DNA of 64,000 nt, taken from the NCBI GenBank assembly GCA_030141605.1, contig JAQGDQ010000119.1:1-64000 (forward strand), written 5' to 3'. The position numbers were made by a program, and so were the translations under genes. The notes under the pieces are model-generated. The model saw nothing but the letters and a program-made list of their open reading frames with translations, was not told the DNA's origin and made no database searches. Below are positions 36,555 through 50,796 of this stretch, in pieces. Source of the DNA: Tubiluchus corallicola. Lineage: Eukaryota; Animalia; Priapulida. Within the stretch, counting starts at the first letter, position 1. Each line of letters opens with the position of its first letter.

Positions 36555-37248
36555 GGCTGCCTCTAGCAAAGTTCACTTTCTGTATTTCCTCAGATCAAAT
36601 GTCACCAAAGTTGTGCTGCCGACAAACTGAATGCAGGAAGAATTAATTCCTGCTAATTTCTAACACCAAGTATGCTCCAGACATCAAACATTCTCTCGGG
36701 CACATTTCTCTAGACTTGAGTCCATTTGCCTGGCAGTTTATCATTGAAGCCAATTATTTCCACCCGTTTTGTAAGGGTACTTCTTCTGATTTTACAAACT
36801 GTCTTTGTGTCATGCCTTTTTGGAACGTACCTCTTCCCTAATTTACAGCAGTTTTAAGCACATATACTCCAAATTTTCTTTAGCAGTTGCTGCTTGATAA
36901 GAACTACGACATCTGCTTGTTCTTTTTTTGACACTATTGATCTTTAGTGAAACGTCTTATATGTCTGCTATACCATCTTTTAAGCTTACGTTCTAGTGAC
37001 ACTGCTTATAAGAGTACTTCTAAAACCAAGCACATCTTTTGTTAGCTAGTTAGAAGAATTCGCTGTTTTCACGTAGTCATTTCTATCTGCAAAACAAAAA
37101 AGATGGTGTAAGCATAGTTAAATAAACATTAATTAGTTAAATAGATAAACTAATGATAAACAAAGATAAAACGCTGCAGTGCAAGTTCATATTAGATAAG
37201 CTAGGAGACTCATAAAATCTTTCTTGCAGCTTTCTCATACTCCATCCC

Positions 37249-37250
<2 letters not shown>

Positions 37251-37314
<64 letters not shown>

Positions 37315-37440
37315 TTCTTTTCTTTCTTTCTCTATTTCTTTCTTCTTTCTTTCTACCTTCTCTCTTCTTTCTATCGTTCTTTCTTTTTTCTTTCTTTCTT
37401 TCTACCCTCTCTCTTCTTTCTATCTTTATTTCTTTTTTTC
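37251..37440. repeat. (CT)n microsatellite and pyrimidine tract
   Basis: Direct inspection. Confidence 0.9.
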
Positions 37441-39686
37441 CTGTTAGCTCTTCGCTGATACGCAATTTGAATTACTGAATTAATAGCAGAAATAGCTATT
37501 ATATATAAGGCCTATCATCACACACAAATCATAATGATTTAAAAGCCAGTGATCTTTTAAACTTCTAGAAAGCAAAATTTTGAATGAAATTTTTGAAGAC
37601 TTAATTGCCACCTGGTAATTATTTGGATACCTGATTCGTCACCAGTCTGAGCTTGGCTGTGATAGTCAAGTGATATCGAGTCAAACCTGGTTATAAACTA
37701 GATGAGTGACTGCCGAACTCTCGTTAAGGGAGCGAATTTCATCAGGTATCTTGTTCATCACGTGGCCAGAACCACTCATTTGTGCTTACCTGTATTTACT
37801 TGCAGGGGTGTACCAAGACTTTACATTTCTGTGGTTGTTTATGTAACGAACAGAATAAATAATTACTTGTGGTGTATTCGTTAACATAGTTTCTACTGTA
37901 TTTGCATAGCGCTTGCTTGTTGCGTAATACCTTGCACCTGTTCGTTATGTGGTGCTTATACAAAAGCTGCGCTCAGTGACTGCCCGTGGTGTGTTTTACA
38001 TAAAATAAAAAGCGCAATTTACATGAATATGAAAGTATACACACTTTCCGAGGAGAATAAAAACTTTTTCTAAAATGTGACGTCCCTCAAACTTTGGCGC
38101 TCTAAGATATAGGCTAGTTAGCCTATTGGTTAATAGGCTCCTATTTACTTGGGCAGTCAGGCTAGCTGCTGCTTTGTAGGCCAGCAGCAGGCTTCATTAT
38201 TCAACATTACGTCAGCAAAGATAATAAGACAGCGTTACATTTTGATAGATACATCGATAAATACAGTAAACTCTGCATAACACAAATCCAACCAGACCAA
38301 AAAAAACTTTGACCAATATCCAGCATAGAAACTCTAAACCCCTCCTCCAGATGGCGAGCTAAATAGAAGGCAGTAAGTCAATCCTTCTATACCTAAACGG
38401 CGAGATTTGATGATAATTACATAAAGAATATCAAATTATGTAGAAAAACATTACTTTATTTTTGAGTTGTACGAAACTTTCTAATTTTCTAGAGTATAAA
38501 TTGCATTTTTGACTTCGGCGAAGTAAATTAATCGTATTTTTATTAAATGAACCATAATTTTTCATTTCAGTTTGGCGAAATTTTAAGTTCAGCGATGTTT
38601 TTTGTGGGAAAAGCGAAATATTTCATCCGTTCCGCTGATATTCTTTGAGGTAGGCAAAAATTCGAGTTGCCTGGAGCTTACTGCAGTAAAAATTTGCTTT
38701 AAGGAGACGTGCAATGTAACTAAATACCTTTTTTAAGAAATATGGGGTTGTTGTAAATTAGCAATCGTGCGCTCTTTAGTTTAGTTAATTTCAAATCTTA
38801 GTAAACTCATAGAAAGACATGCTAATTACTAAATGCCAAACTAGATTCATTTATAAATAGATCTTGCATTTAGTAAAATTCAGAACTATAATATTAACAA
38901 CGATGACAAATTACAATTGACTGTAAATAGCCATTTTCATGTAAGTGCAATATTGTAATAGAAATGACGTATAAAATTGAGCTGGAATGTGGCAATCATT
39001 AACATTTAGGTCCCTAGGCTAATGAAATTATGGATCCCCCTCAGAAGGAGCAGCCCTCTAACTCGCCCGCAAAAAAGCTATTGTAGTTTCCAATATTTTA
39101 GAGCATTCTTTATTCTGAACTAATGTTGACACAACCATACGGTTTTCCTTTAACAAATACCACTATTTTACTGTTTATTGCAAACCAAATCAGCACACAT
39201 TTCAAGGCAACCGTAGTGAAAAAAGATCCTTGAATTAGAAGAAATCCTTTCTGATGTAAGTTTGTAAGTTTTACTGCTTGAATAACTTTTTTGCCTATTT
39301 CAAAAATTTTATTCTACATGAAATAGTAACCACGTCGCAAAACGTATTTTACAGAATTGGATTAAAATTAACAAAACCGTCACAGCCTTCCCAGAAACCC
39401 GTGCAGGCTCACGTTGCCGCTCATTCCCATACAGCAAATAATGACCTTCATCAAACGGGGAAAAGTACACCCCCCTGGAGGCTTCCGTTTCTCTTAATCA
39501 TCTCATTGCTGCTATTATCATTTGTTCTGGGCGTTTGCTGTTTCAATCAGTCCAGGTTCTCTGTTCGACTATTGACAATGGAAGATTAAGCCGAGTCCAA
39601 AGCCCATGTCACTAATGACATTATCAAATTACAAAACATGATAGAGCTGGTAACAGTAGTAACAGCCACTCGAGGGGCTTCCTTAA

Positions 39687-40320
39687 AGGAAGAGAGGATG
39701 ATTTTTCATATACTACCCCATTTTCAAGTCCAATAAAACTTATACATTTTAACGCAATTAATACTGATTCTGATAATTAAATAATACCGCTTCTGATAAT
39801 TAAATAATAGATTAAAAACTTAATTAACGGCGGGCTAGCCCAACTATTGATGACATCACAAACTAACACAATTTTCAACAGCAAAAATATTCCACGAGAG
39901 TGTTGCGCGTGTTTGCAAAAGGGAAAATTAAAGTGCAGTACTACTGTAAGATATTCGGTGTGTTGTACTAAAACTAGGCAAGTTTTAAGATAAAAATTCA
40001 AATTTCAAATTTACCACTGCACTCACGCATGAGCTGCCGAACGTGTGTAGTTCGTCACAAACTAACACATCTGAACTGAGAGGTAGAGCACCTATTATTT
40101 GTGCAACGCGTTCTTGAAATGCAGGCGTTAGTGCCCATCTAACTAGCAAATGGCGAAATGCATGTAACAGCAAAGAACTAGTCGCGCGAATGTAAAATTG
40201 TGTTTGTGTGGAAATAATTCTTTCACGTAAGTCAGTTTTGAAACAATAGCATGTTTCCTTTAAATATTTTAATGAGTAGGTTGTTTTGACCTACAGTTTA
40301 AGATTGGGTCCGGTTTTGCT
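39687..40320 (-). mobile_element. Family A non-autonomous element (Kolobok-like), full length
   Basis: TTAA TSD on both sides; AG...CT termini with imperfect TIR (AGGAAGA.AGGA vs AGCAAAACCGGA). Confidence 0.82.
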
Positions 40321-40790
40321 TTAAAAGCCAGGATCAATATCTATTTAACCTGCAGTGTTTGATAACTCAAAGTTGCACAAGCCAAGGCGTCTACAGCTAC
40401 AAACAAGACATTTCGGAAATAACTTTGTGCAAGAACCCGATGACCTTGGTCAAAAATCAAGAGTTGGACGAGGAGGATTTGTAAACGTTTGGTTTAAGGT
40501 TCACACCCACATTCTAAGCTAATGAACACAAAGCTGTAAGACATGAACAGACGTTACTGACAGAAAAGCACATCTGAAGTGCATTTGAGCATCCATAAGA
40601 CTTCAAGATTACCTGGCTACTTATAGAACCAACTTGCAGAAAAGATTTTAGTGATAGACACAGATTTTGTGAGGCAGCAAGTACCTGGTGGGGGGATATT
40701 TAGTAAAATCAGTTTTCAGCAAGGATAAACAGTTTAAAAATTAGTGAAACAAAAGAGGTGTCAAATGTCCAACAGGAGCAAAGCAGATTA

Positions 40791-40979
40791 AAGGTACGAC
40801 TCCCATATACGCGTAATGCGTGATGCGTGATGTGTAAACAACAGTTTATATTTAAATACGTGAAAGTGTTTCCATGTATACGCAATGCGTAATCCACAAT
40901 GCGTGATACGTATTCACTCAAACGTGATGGCTATCGTCTGAATACGCATCACGCATTACGCGCATACGGAGCAGTAGCT
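40791..40979. mobile_element. ~190-bp MITE with ~35-bp TIRs (PIF/Harbinger-like)
   Basis: TACGCGTAATGCGTGATGCGT ... ACGCATCACGCATTACGCGCA inverted; TTAA context at both ends. Confidence 0.6.
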
Positions 40980-41661
40980 TAATAGGTAATTTCATACAGT
41001 GTACGGTGCTGCAGACCAGTGCCTGCAGCCAGGATTTCTTACTTTCTCGCTGTACTTAAAGCGTTAAAATGTTAGGCATTTCAGAATTATAAGGATGGTT
41101 GCAAACGGACTACGTTGCAGGCAAATTTAAAGAAAATTCACTTCAACGATGTTTATTTATTGTAATAGCAAGTAACTGTCATTCATTACTACTGCATAAG
41201 ATGAGTCAAGGCACCGTAATTATTATTTATTACGATCGCTTTTAGCAGTACAGCGGGAAGGGAACCGCTGGCGTCAGCAATGACGTCACTGGCGCACCGC
41301 AGCACTGTTTCCTGTCATGTTACTTCACGGAACTGAGGCGAGATTGCCTTACAATCTACTGGTAAATTGCTCTAAATATCTACAGTTAACTGATTGCATA
41401 CAATCAAGTCTCTCCCGAGGTGAAAATTATCTATGATCTGGTGAACACTGATTTGTGCAAGTGAATCTCGGTGCAGTATTGCTGAGAAACCAGCGAACCG
41501 TGAAAAAATAATAGTATTCCGATGCTAGTACTTAACTGCTAGGCAGACCATGAAAATGCACGAAATTCTCTGAGCCTGAGAAACATAATTATGTATTAGA
41601 TATTTTTATCTTTTTTTAATTTTTATATTTACAATTTTTTACAATGTCATATAAACAAGGC

Positions 41662-42362
<701 letters not shown>

Positions 42363-44743
42363 TTAACTCGCTCATAACAGCCATATTACTTTCGGTTACA
42401 CAACCTTTTCCTACTACGTGTGTACTCCCCTCTCCGTCCCCCTCCTCTCACACACCCCCGCACATAATCTGGAAAATGAGAGAAACGGTGTCCAGTCACC
42501 AGCGAGAGTAACCACGCATAGTTTCGCGAAGCTACTCCTAAAGTTGGCCTAATTAGTTGCTGTTTTGTTCCTAGGTCTGGAGGACTGCTTGATGCCATGG
42601 AATCACTGTCACAAACTGGCTTCAATTGCTGTTGGAATACGCTACATTGCAATCAACCGGGCGAATGATTGCTTCCCAGTGGGAGGACTGCTGGTCGTGA
42701 CGAGAATCCTAATCTATCATCTTGATTAGTCATGTGACATGTGAGCGATGCCCTCCCGGGGGCTTGTCACGAACTAGAACCAGTCCGGTCAATAGCATCA
42801 TGGCCAAAAGTCATAGATACAAAGTGACCACCGAATGAAAAGCCTTTGGTTCTTGTCATTGTCCGTTGTGTTCGTTGTCATTGTCATCACTGTCGTTATC
42901 ATTTTATCGTCATCATCATCATCAACATCATCTTTGTGACTGCATTAGCCCTTGATTCTTGACGTTTTGACGCAATTGTGTTCGTTGTTACTGTCATCAC
43001 TGTCATCACAATTTTGTCATAATCTTCATCATCACCATCATCATCAGCATCATCATTATCATCATCACCATCATCATCATCATCACCATCATCATGATCA
43101 TCGCCATCATCATCATCTTTATTGTAACGATTGAATAGTCGTCATCAGCATCGGCATACATCATGATAAGCATCGCCGTCGTCACTGTCATCATCATCAT
43201 TCCTTTTTTCCCTTTGAGAAATGAGTTTTCACAACTTTTTTCACTATTACTGACTTTGATCAAACTAACACCGAATGTAAAGCATTGGGTTATTCACTTA
43301 TTGAATTTTTCTGTCCAATACCTGCATATATCATCTAGAACGCCATTTACTGTTGTCGTGAATCCGTGTTTTCTTAAAAATTTAGAATACGTGTAACTCT
43401 GCTGTGACGTCGCTAAAACGTATTGACATCAACAATGAAAAACAACGAAAATGAGAATGAAAATCGCTTTATAAAGTTACTCGCTAGGCAAGCGAGTAAC
43501 TCAAAAAGAATCATTATTTCAACCAAAGTATGTCAAACCTTGACAAACGCGTGCTTCTATCGGCAGTTGCAAAAACATCAAAGAAAGGGTCCGCCACATG
43601 ATGATTGATTGACTGGAAATACGTCCAAGACCTGCATCTATCCAGCTTATCTTCAATTATCGTAATTGCCAATTATCTGTGTCAAGGTTGACTACTGATG
43701 GACTAATTTCTGCATGACCTAATACAATCTAATCAAGATTAATGGTTCCTGTGGTATATCTCCGGGTAATTTTGTCTTGCGTGGTTCTTGTGCTTGGGGG
43801 TGGGGGTGGGAGGGTGTTGTAACGGGCCCGAATTTTTATGGTTCGTTGCCTTCAATTTAAATGTAATGACTGGAAGCCACAGAACATAAACATAACGTGG
43901 GTTTTGTTGAGCCGGTTTCTAATGTAGTTCTATTTTTCTCTTGTAACTTGGTTTAACAGACCCGTGTTTTACATTTACATGTTGTTGAGGTCAAATCTGC
44001 TTATATTTGTGACACACTTTGTCTATATACTTGGAAATAGCTATAGCCATTGCTTGTTGATTGTTTGGTCATTCCAAATCTCAGAGGATCCAATGACATA
44101 TGTATTGTTTCTGCACTTATCAATTTTGTATTGGGCTTAATTATAATTATTTCTTGCAGTTTCAAATGATCTTTAGCAATTTTTGTGGTAATCAGATATC
44201 ATATGCTATATTATAACAGGCAAATTTGTTGATGTGAACTGCCTTAATGTCTTTACTGCTCATAACTAATGGTGTAAAAATATTGTAATTTTTCTTATAG
44301 AATATACAACTAGCTTTGAAAACGCATTTTATGCCTACTGAGCGTGATCATTACAGATGTGCTTCTCTCCTGAAAACAGATTTGTAGAGATTAATCCAAA
44401 GACTTGCTATTATTTGATAAGTTTGAAAGTAAAAGTATCACAAATGATTGCCAGATGACGTACCAATCGGCTAAAGATCATTCAGTTGGCTAGGCACTCG
44501 ACAGCCTGTCCACCAGCAAAGTAAACAAACAGCAAGAAATCCCCATCAATGACCAATTCAAATTCCTGTGACACTTGGGCAAAGAAGTCCAATCCTTAAT
44601 ATGAGCTCTAAGAGACGCCTGCATGTACAGGGTGGTACGTAACCTTTTGCTGGGGGGGGGGTGCAGGAACAACCAGTAACAGCACAGAACAATTTATTAC
44701 ATCGAAGTGCTCCTCAAACAATTGCAAATGTATTATACCTTAA

Positions 44744-45423
44744 AGGATCGGAAAAGGGGTACCTGAAATAGGCTTCAGAAAAAATCGTCATAAAAAATTA
44801 TCTTACTTTATAGCTATTTTATGCGTATATAAAACTCGCGTTAAAAGGATTTTTTGTTTGTTTTCATTTTAAATCTTCCGCAATACTGTTCTGAAGTCGC
44901 CATTACATGACGTCATTTATGCACAACGTAAATCAGGAAAAGGCAATGTTAAACAATGTCCCAAAAACTTTCCATGCAAAGTTGTGTTACTTAGCATTTC
45001 GCTTACCTGCTAGAAAGACTTAAGTAACTAGAAGCGAAAATTAAATAATTATTTAAAAAGCTTTCATTGGTAAAATGTCGCTGACTCACACCCTCCAGGG
45101 TGCGCCACTCACTAACCAAAAACGAATTTTTAATCTTATAGACTTGATGCAGTAATTTTAAATTTTACTCAGTTAGTGACGTGTGTACTACGAACGCAAT
45201 GATTATTTTTTTCAAACTTTACACAATGTTATCTAAACTTGTTGCAAATGACTTATCGTCAAAATGGCTGCGTCTAACGGTTATCACGGGAGTTTAAATT
45301 TATATGTTTTATACAGCGTTATTGCCGACGCAAGTCTAATATGCAAAAAGGCAGTATATAAGTGGTATAAAATTTCAAGACAAATTTTTTAAGCTTTATA
45401 TAAGTGGAGGGTTTTCTTGTGCT
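44744..45423 (-). mobile_element. Family C copy (nested)
   Basis: TTAA TSDs; reverse complement of 34240-34909. Confidence 0.82.
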
Positions 45424-45467
45424 TTAAATATTTAGTGCAGAAGCCTAAAAGATTCGTACATCTTGTA

Positions 45468-46333
45468 CAGTCTGCAGTCTAGAGGCGTATAACTGGAAGC
45501 GGTGAAGAACTCAAGATCCTCAAACACGTCTTGTAGATGTCTAACAATCATGTCTGTTGAATAGTGATCACAGACTGTGTTTTTTTATGATCTTAGTGTC
45601 CAGTCTTTTGAGATAACTCTTAATTTCTTCCCACGAAGTGAGTAGCTTAGAAATTTACCAATCCTTAACCCCAACAGACACAGTTAGGGAAATCTTGTTA
45701 TATTGTTGTTGATTTCTCTGTTTTTTCCTGAAGTACTTATTGCTTCTTGTTTTGCACAAACTATCGCTATTAGGTCATTGACTTAGTAATTGCTTGTATC
45801 AGGCAGTACCTCATCAATGTCACCTAGATAAAGAAGCTTCCTGATTCAATGAAGTGTTTTGCTGTTAAATAAAAGGGTAACGAAAAAGCTGACACAGGAC
45901 TGTAACTTTTGGGCAGTCACTCTGTAAACACTCTGTCTTTCATGAGCTCTGTCTCTGGTGAGGCAGGCTTCAAACTGCTTCAAGGTTTGGGCTAACTGAA
46001 AAAAGTTATCTCTTTCGTTCATATATCTGATCAAAGTGTTATGGTTGGAACAGTCAAAACAGAAAAGCGATTTGTCTTAAAATAAACAGACTTGAACTCT
46101 AAACCTGCAGTTCGGTGTATTTCTACCAACACAATCTACTACAAAACAATCGTTAAAGAGAACTTTTACAAAAGACCACAAACAACAATCCTGAAAGTTG
46201 ACACTAAGATGATAAAAAAACACAACCATTGGTCAGTAGTCATAAGACAAGCTTGTGAGACACCCACAAGACGTGTTTGAGTTCTTTTAGAGTTCTTCAG
46301 TGCTCCAATCGTACCCCTCAAGACTGCAGACTG
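45468..46333. mobile_element. MITE with ~90-bp TIRs (nested)
   Basis: CAGTCTGCAGTCT.GAGG.GTA...GAAGAACTC...CTCAAACACGTCTTGT present inverted at both ends. Confidence 0.78.
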
Positions 46334-46437
46334 TTGAGACCTCCATGAGAGAACTTATTGAAAGCACAACAAATACACTATTGTTGTTGAATAACACAAC
46401 CTTGCGGGTAAACTGAATTCACTTTCTTTGTGGTTAA

Positions 46438-47054
46438 GGCAAAACCGGGCCAAATCTTAGTCCGCAGGTCAAAATAATCTTTAAAATATTGAAAGGAAGC
46501 ACACTATTTTTTTTCAAAAATGACTCATGTGAAAGAATTATTACCACACAAACACAATTTCACGTTCCCGCCACTAGCTTTTCGCTGTTGCATGCATTTC
46601 GCCATTCGTTAGTTAGACTGGCACTAGTGGAAACCCATTTTGGAAACCCATTTCACAAAAACAGGTGCTGTACCGCTCAGTTCATACGTGTTTGTTTGTG
46701 ACGAACTACACACGTTCATCAGCTTATGCGTGAGTGCAGCGATAAATTTGAAATTTCAATTTTTATCTTGAAACTTGCCTATTTTTAGTACAACACACTG
46801 AATATCTTACAGTAGCACTGTACTTTAATTTTCGCTTTCGCAAAAACGTGCAACAGCCTCGTGGAATATTTTTGCTGTTGAAAATTATGTTAGTTTGTGA
46901 TGTCATCAATACTTGTGCTCGCCTGTCGTTAATTAAGATTTTAATAGATTATTTAATTACCAGAAATGCATTTGCAGTAGTAATTGTGTTAAAATGTATA
47001 CTTTTTATCCGACTTGAAAACGGGATAGTATATGAAAAATCATCCTGTCTTCCT
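46438..47054 (+). mobile_element. Family A copy (nested), full length
   Basis: TTAA TSDs at 46434-46437 and 47055-47058. Confidence 0.82.
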
Positions 47055-47742
47055 TTAATGTTCTTCACAGCAGCTTTACCAAACTATTCTATATAGTTAC
47101 TCGTTCTTTGTGTACTCCCTGGCAAAAACGTTACGTACCACCCTGTATTACACAAGATTACATATCACACAATAAGCCAGTTATATTAGCAAAGTCGAAT
47201 GTTTGTCAAAGATCGTATGAAGCCCCACGGGAGAATGGCGCAAAATTGTGCAGCCACTAAGCTGCTGACATGTAACATTGCTGTTGACTCCACTCTGCCT
47301 GCCTGAGAATGTTTATCATGCATAATTACATAGCTATTTGGTAAAATCGCTGAGGGCAGGAGGCGCTTGAGTCGCATCATTGAAGAATGCCTAATGAAAC
47401 GTGGCAGGAGATGCATGTCTTTCGATCATAATGATTATCAGTTAGATTTCACTACTGATAACACTAGTTGATAAGCTAAGCCTTCTCTATGCAAAACAGT
47501 CGGTTCTTTTGCAAGAAAAAGGCATTTACAAACATACATCAGTTTATATTGGCAGAGCCTATTATGCACTAATTAAGTATTTAACAGAAGCCAAACAGTT
47601 AATGAATAAACAGACCAGTAAAGAAATTGATACAGTAAATTATGCACTAATTATGTATTTACAAAAGCCAAATAGGTAATGATTAAGCAGACTAGTAAAG
47701 AAATTGATACAGCAACAAACAGTTAAGTGTTTGAAAATAAAG

Positions 47743-47934
47743 TTAAAGGAACTGAACTACTTTGTACACTAAAAGAAGTACAGTGTGTACACCGTGTACA
47801 TTAAGAGAAGACTTATTAGGGTACATAGACAAACTTTCCTTTATTAACAAGCCCCAGTTATTTGTAGCTCTAGTCACAATGCTGAAATTATTAAAATCAG
47901 CTTTGCGGCCAGAGGCACAAATATGATCATTCAC
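47743..47934 (-). pseudogene. Penelope-like element GIY-YIG endonuclease C-terminal remnant
   Basis: DHICASGRKADFNNFSIV...LLIKESL...KSSLN resembles the PLE C-terminal pattern DH...F.I.....LLIKESL.I...PSLN. Confidence 0.65.
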
Positions 47935-48340
47935 GCATCAATCTATCTATCTGTAAAACATTGCCGATACAACATCAAAAATGTAATGATTCTGAACACA
48001 TTATCTAAAGATCGGGGTCAAGAGGTCATTCATTAACCCGCTATCAAGAAAGTGAATTCAGTTTACCTGCAAAATTGTTATTCAACAACAAATCTAATTC
48101 TCTCTATAGCAAAAATCTCATCAGCTCTCTACTGACAACATCAATGTGATTTATGAGAGTTTGCTTAATTAATAATAAGGCTGTATCTCATCTGTCAGAA
48201 GCAAACAGCGTACTGAAGCCACGAATGCACTGCACAGTTACACTAATTTGCATTTTTACAAACTCTTTGATGCGTAACCGTTGTTGTAACAGTTAGTTTA
48301 GTAAAATTAATGAAAGTGGATTAACTCTGTGGCTCATCAT

Positions 48341-48637
48341 ACGTAGCATTTAGCTTTATTTTTTCTCTGCTTAAAACGTAGCACTTAGCTCTATTTTTTC
48401 TCTGCATAAAACGTAGCATTTAGTTCTATTTTTTCTCTGCTTAAAACGTAGCATTTAGCTCTATTTTTTCTCTGCTTAAAACGTAGCATTTAGCTCTATT
48501 TTTTCTCTGCTTAAAACGTAGCATTTAGCTCCATTTTTTCTCTGCATAAAACGTAGCATTTAGTTCTATTTTTTCTCTGCTTAAAACGTAGCATTTAGCC
48601 CTATTTTTTCTCTGCCTAAAACGTAATATTTAACTCT
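48341..48637. repeat. 35-bp minisatellite, ~8 copies
   Basis: Unit AAAACGTAGCATTTAGCTCTATTTTTTCTCTGCTT. Confidence 0.93.
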
Positions 48638-49751
48638 ACAGTGGCGGCAGTTGTTGTTGTTGTTGTGCGCGCCGTGCAGGTTTATGAACAGAAGTGTAGA
48701 TAAAATAAAGTAATAAAAATGCAAATAAACACAAAGTTATATTCATACAAAGTTAGTAAGTTTGACACAAAGAATTGCAGAATGACTGTTGCTAGTTCTT
48801 TCCTTTAAATTTAGAACTGGGCATAATAGATAATATAAAACGCTATCAGCATACTTATGCACTGGCGGCTCGTGTATATGTACTGTGAAACTGCAGCACC
48901 CTCATTTTTATTCAATATTATTGAATATAATAAGTCTTTTTTCTTCAGTTCTTTTTTATACTTGTACGGAACTGAAGCACTTGAGGGTAGTACTGTTTGC
49001 TTCACAGCCCAGCGCAGTGGCGTGTTTGGCTGTTGTGCGCATGTCTGAGATAACACGTCTGCTGCTAGGTAGAGAAAGTACTGTTTGCTTCGCAGCCCAG
49101 GAGCTGTACTCCAGCAACGCAGTGTTTGGCTGTTGTGCGCATGCGGCCATGCGCACGTGTATGAGATAACATGCTGCACACTGCACTTGCTAGCTTCTGC
49201 TACTAGGTAGAGAAAGTACTGTCGCTCACGCAGTTTGTTGTCAGCTGTCTTGTGCTTAAAAACCGTGTACCGGCATATTCTTAAACTGCGACAATTTAGG
49301 CTATTTGTGAGTAAAAATATTTTTGTTTAGGATTTTGTCAAGTTCATATATAAATTTTCGTATGTTTGTTTGTTTGAAATTACAATTGCAACATTAAAAT
49401 TACATATGTCCGTTTCGTTTTACACAGCATTAAGGCAATGGCTAAAAATTTTCTGAAGCAGCATCCCTAGTAAATTCAGCTACGAGCAGCCACTGTGGCT
49501 ATGTAATTTGATATAAGCTGGAATTACCGAATTCTATCTCAGCGTGTAAGCTGTCATATTGATGAGAGGTTTTTAAATCTCAATACATGAGCTCTTTCTG
49601 TTTGCTTTTGATTAAGATTAATTTACTTGATTGTAAGTGACAGTGACACCTTGCGGCGTTTCTGTGAAGTAAACTGGGTTATCGCGTAAAGCAAAAAAAA
49701 ACGTCGATTTTCTTAACGAAAATCCGATCTTTTCCCCCGCTCCGTATGAAA

Positions 49752-50287
49752 GGGGCCTGAGACCAACTTTACAGAGAGGACGCACGGAATTGCTGTCAGA
49801 AAATCAGAAAATTTCCGATTTTTCTAAAAATCTCATACAGCAAGAAAGTTCATTTCACAGTGAAACGGTTTTACCGAGCGTCCAGATTGCTGCATCTACT
49901 GTCGTGTTTTATACTGTATAATCATGACTAAATTAAGTTCTCATATACAAATAGAATTAATAATGTTAGTCAGTGTAATGTAAGACCTGTTTGCTTTTTT
50001 AGCAAAATTCTACTAACAACTTCAAAATCTGAAAATATACATGTATAAAATAAATATTAATAAATTAATAATAACATTTCTTGAAGATAGGACACAACTT
50101 GAAAGAAAAATTGTTAACTCTATCAAGTTTTTACCAGACAAATTTTTAACATCCGGCAGCGGCAATGCCAATAAGGAAGCTGATGCGTAGTAAGCCTCAG
50201 GGCATTCAAATTAGAGAAGAGGCGTTATGGCGTGATTTAAAGCAATAGACCAATTGGTTATAAATATGTAGATGTAGATGTATATTA

Positions 50288-50378
<91 letters not shown>

Positions 50379-50796
50379 ACTGTGTGTATTATTTTTCTTT
50401 TTCACGAATATAGCCATCTATGTCGCATTAATAAAACAAAATCGTCACTCTGTTAAAAGAGGGATTAAATCTTATCATTTATGCCAAAATGAGTTAATTG
50501 TTGTTCATTAAGTAAGAAAGGAATAATTGAGTAGTTAACACTAAATTCCGCGAGGATTCCTCGCGAGAATGGAACATGCAGCATTTTTACCGTGCGGCAA
50601 AGTTCCTCACCAGGAGGACGCGTTGCTCTTAGCCGGCAGCAGAATTCCTCACGAGGAACTGCATAACGAATTTTGCCGCGTGCGTCATCACTGCGAAATA
50701 CACCATAGAAAACAATGTGGTCCATTTTCGTGAGGAACGCCCAAGGAACTTCTCCTCGAGGGATTTTGCTGTGCGTCCTCAGTGTGAAATGGGCCC
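49752..50796. mobile_element. Degenerate PIF/Harbinger-like MITE with internal (TTA)n at 50281-50375
   Basis: TTTACAGAGAGGACGCAC vs GTGCGTCCTCAGTGTGAAATGGGCCC inverted ends; TTCCTC subterminal repeats. Confidence 0.45.

Larger units (their letters stand above)
44628..47145. mobile_element. Tc1/mariner-like non-autonomous shell containing three nested elements
   Basis: TA|CAGGGTGGTACGTAAC ... GTTACGTACCACCCTG|TA (16-bp perfect TIR core, ~50 bp imperfect). Confidence 0.8.

Noticed and set aside
46381-48091. ~48-bp inverted match (46381-46428 vs 48046-48091) as element TIRs
   Set aside because: Crosses the boundary of the 44628-47145 element and has no TSD; more likely dispersed repeat fragments.
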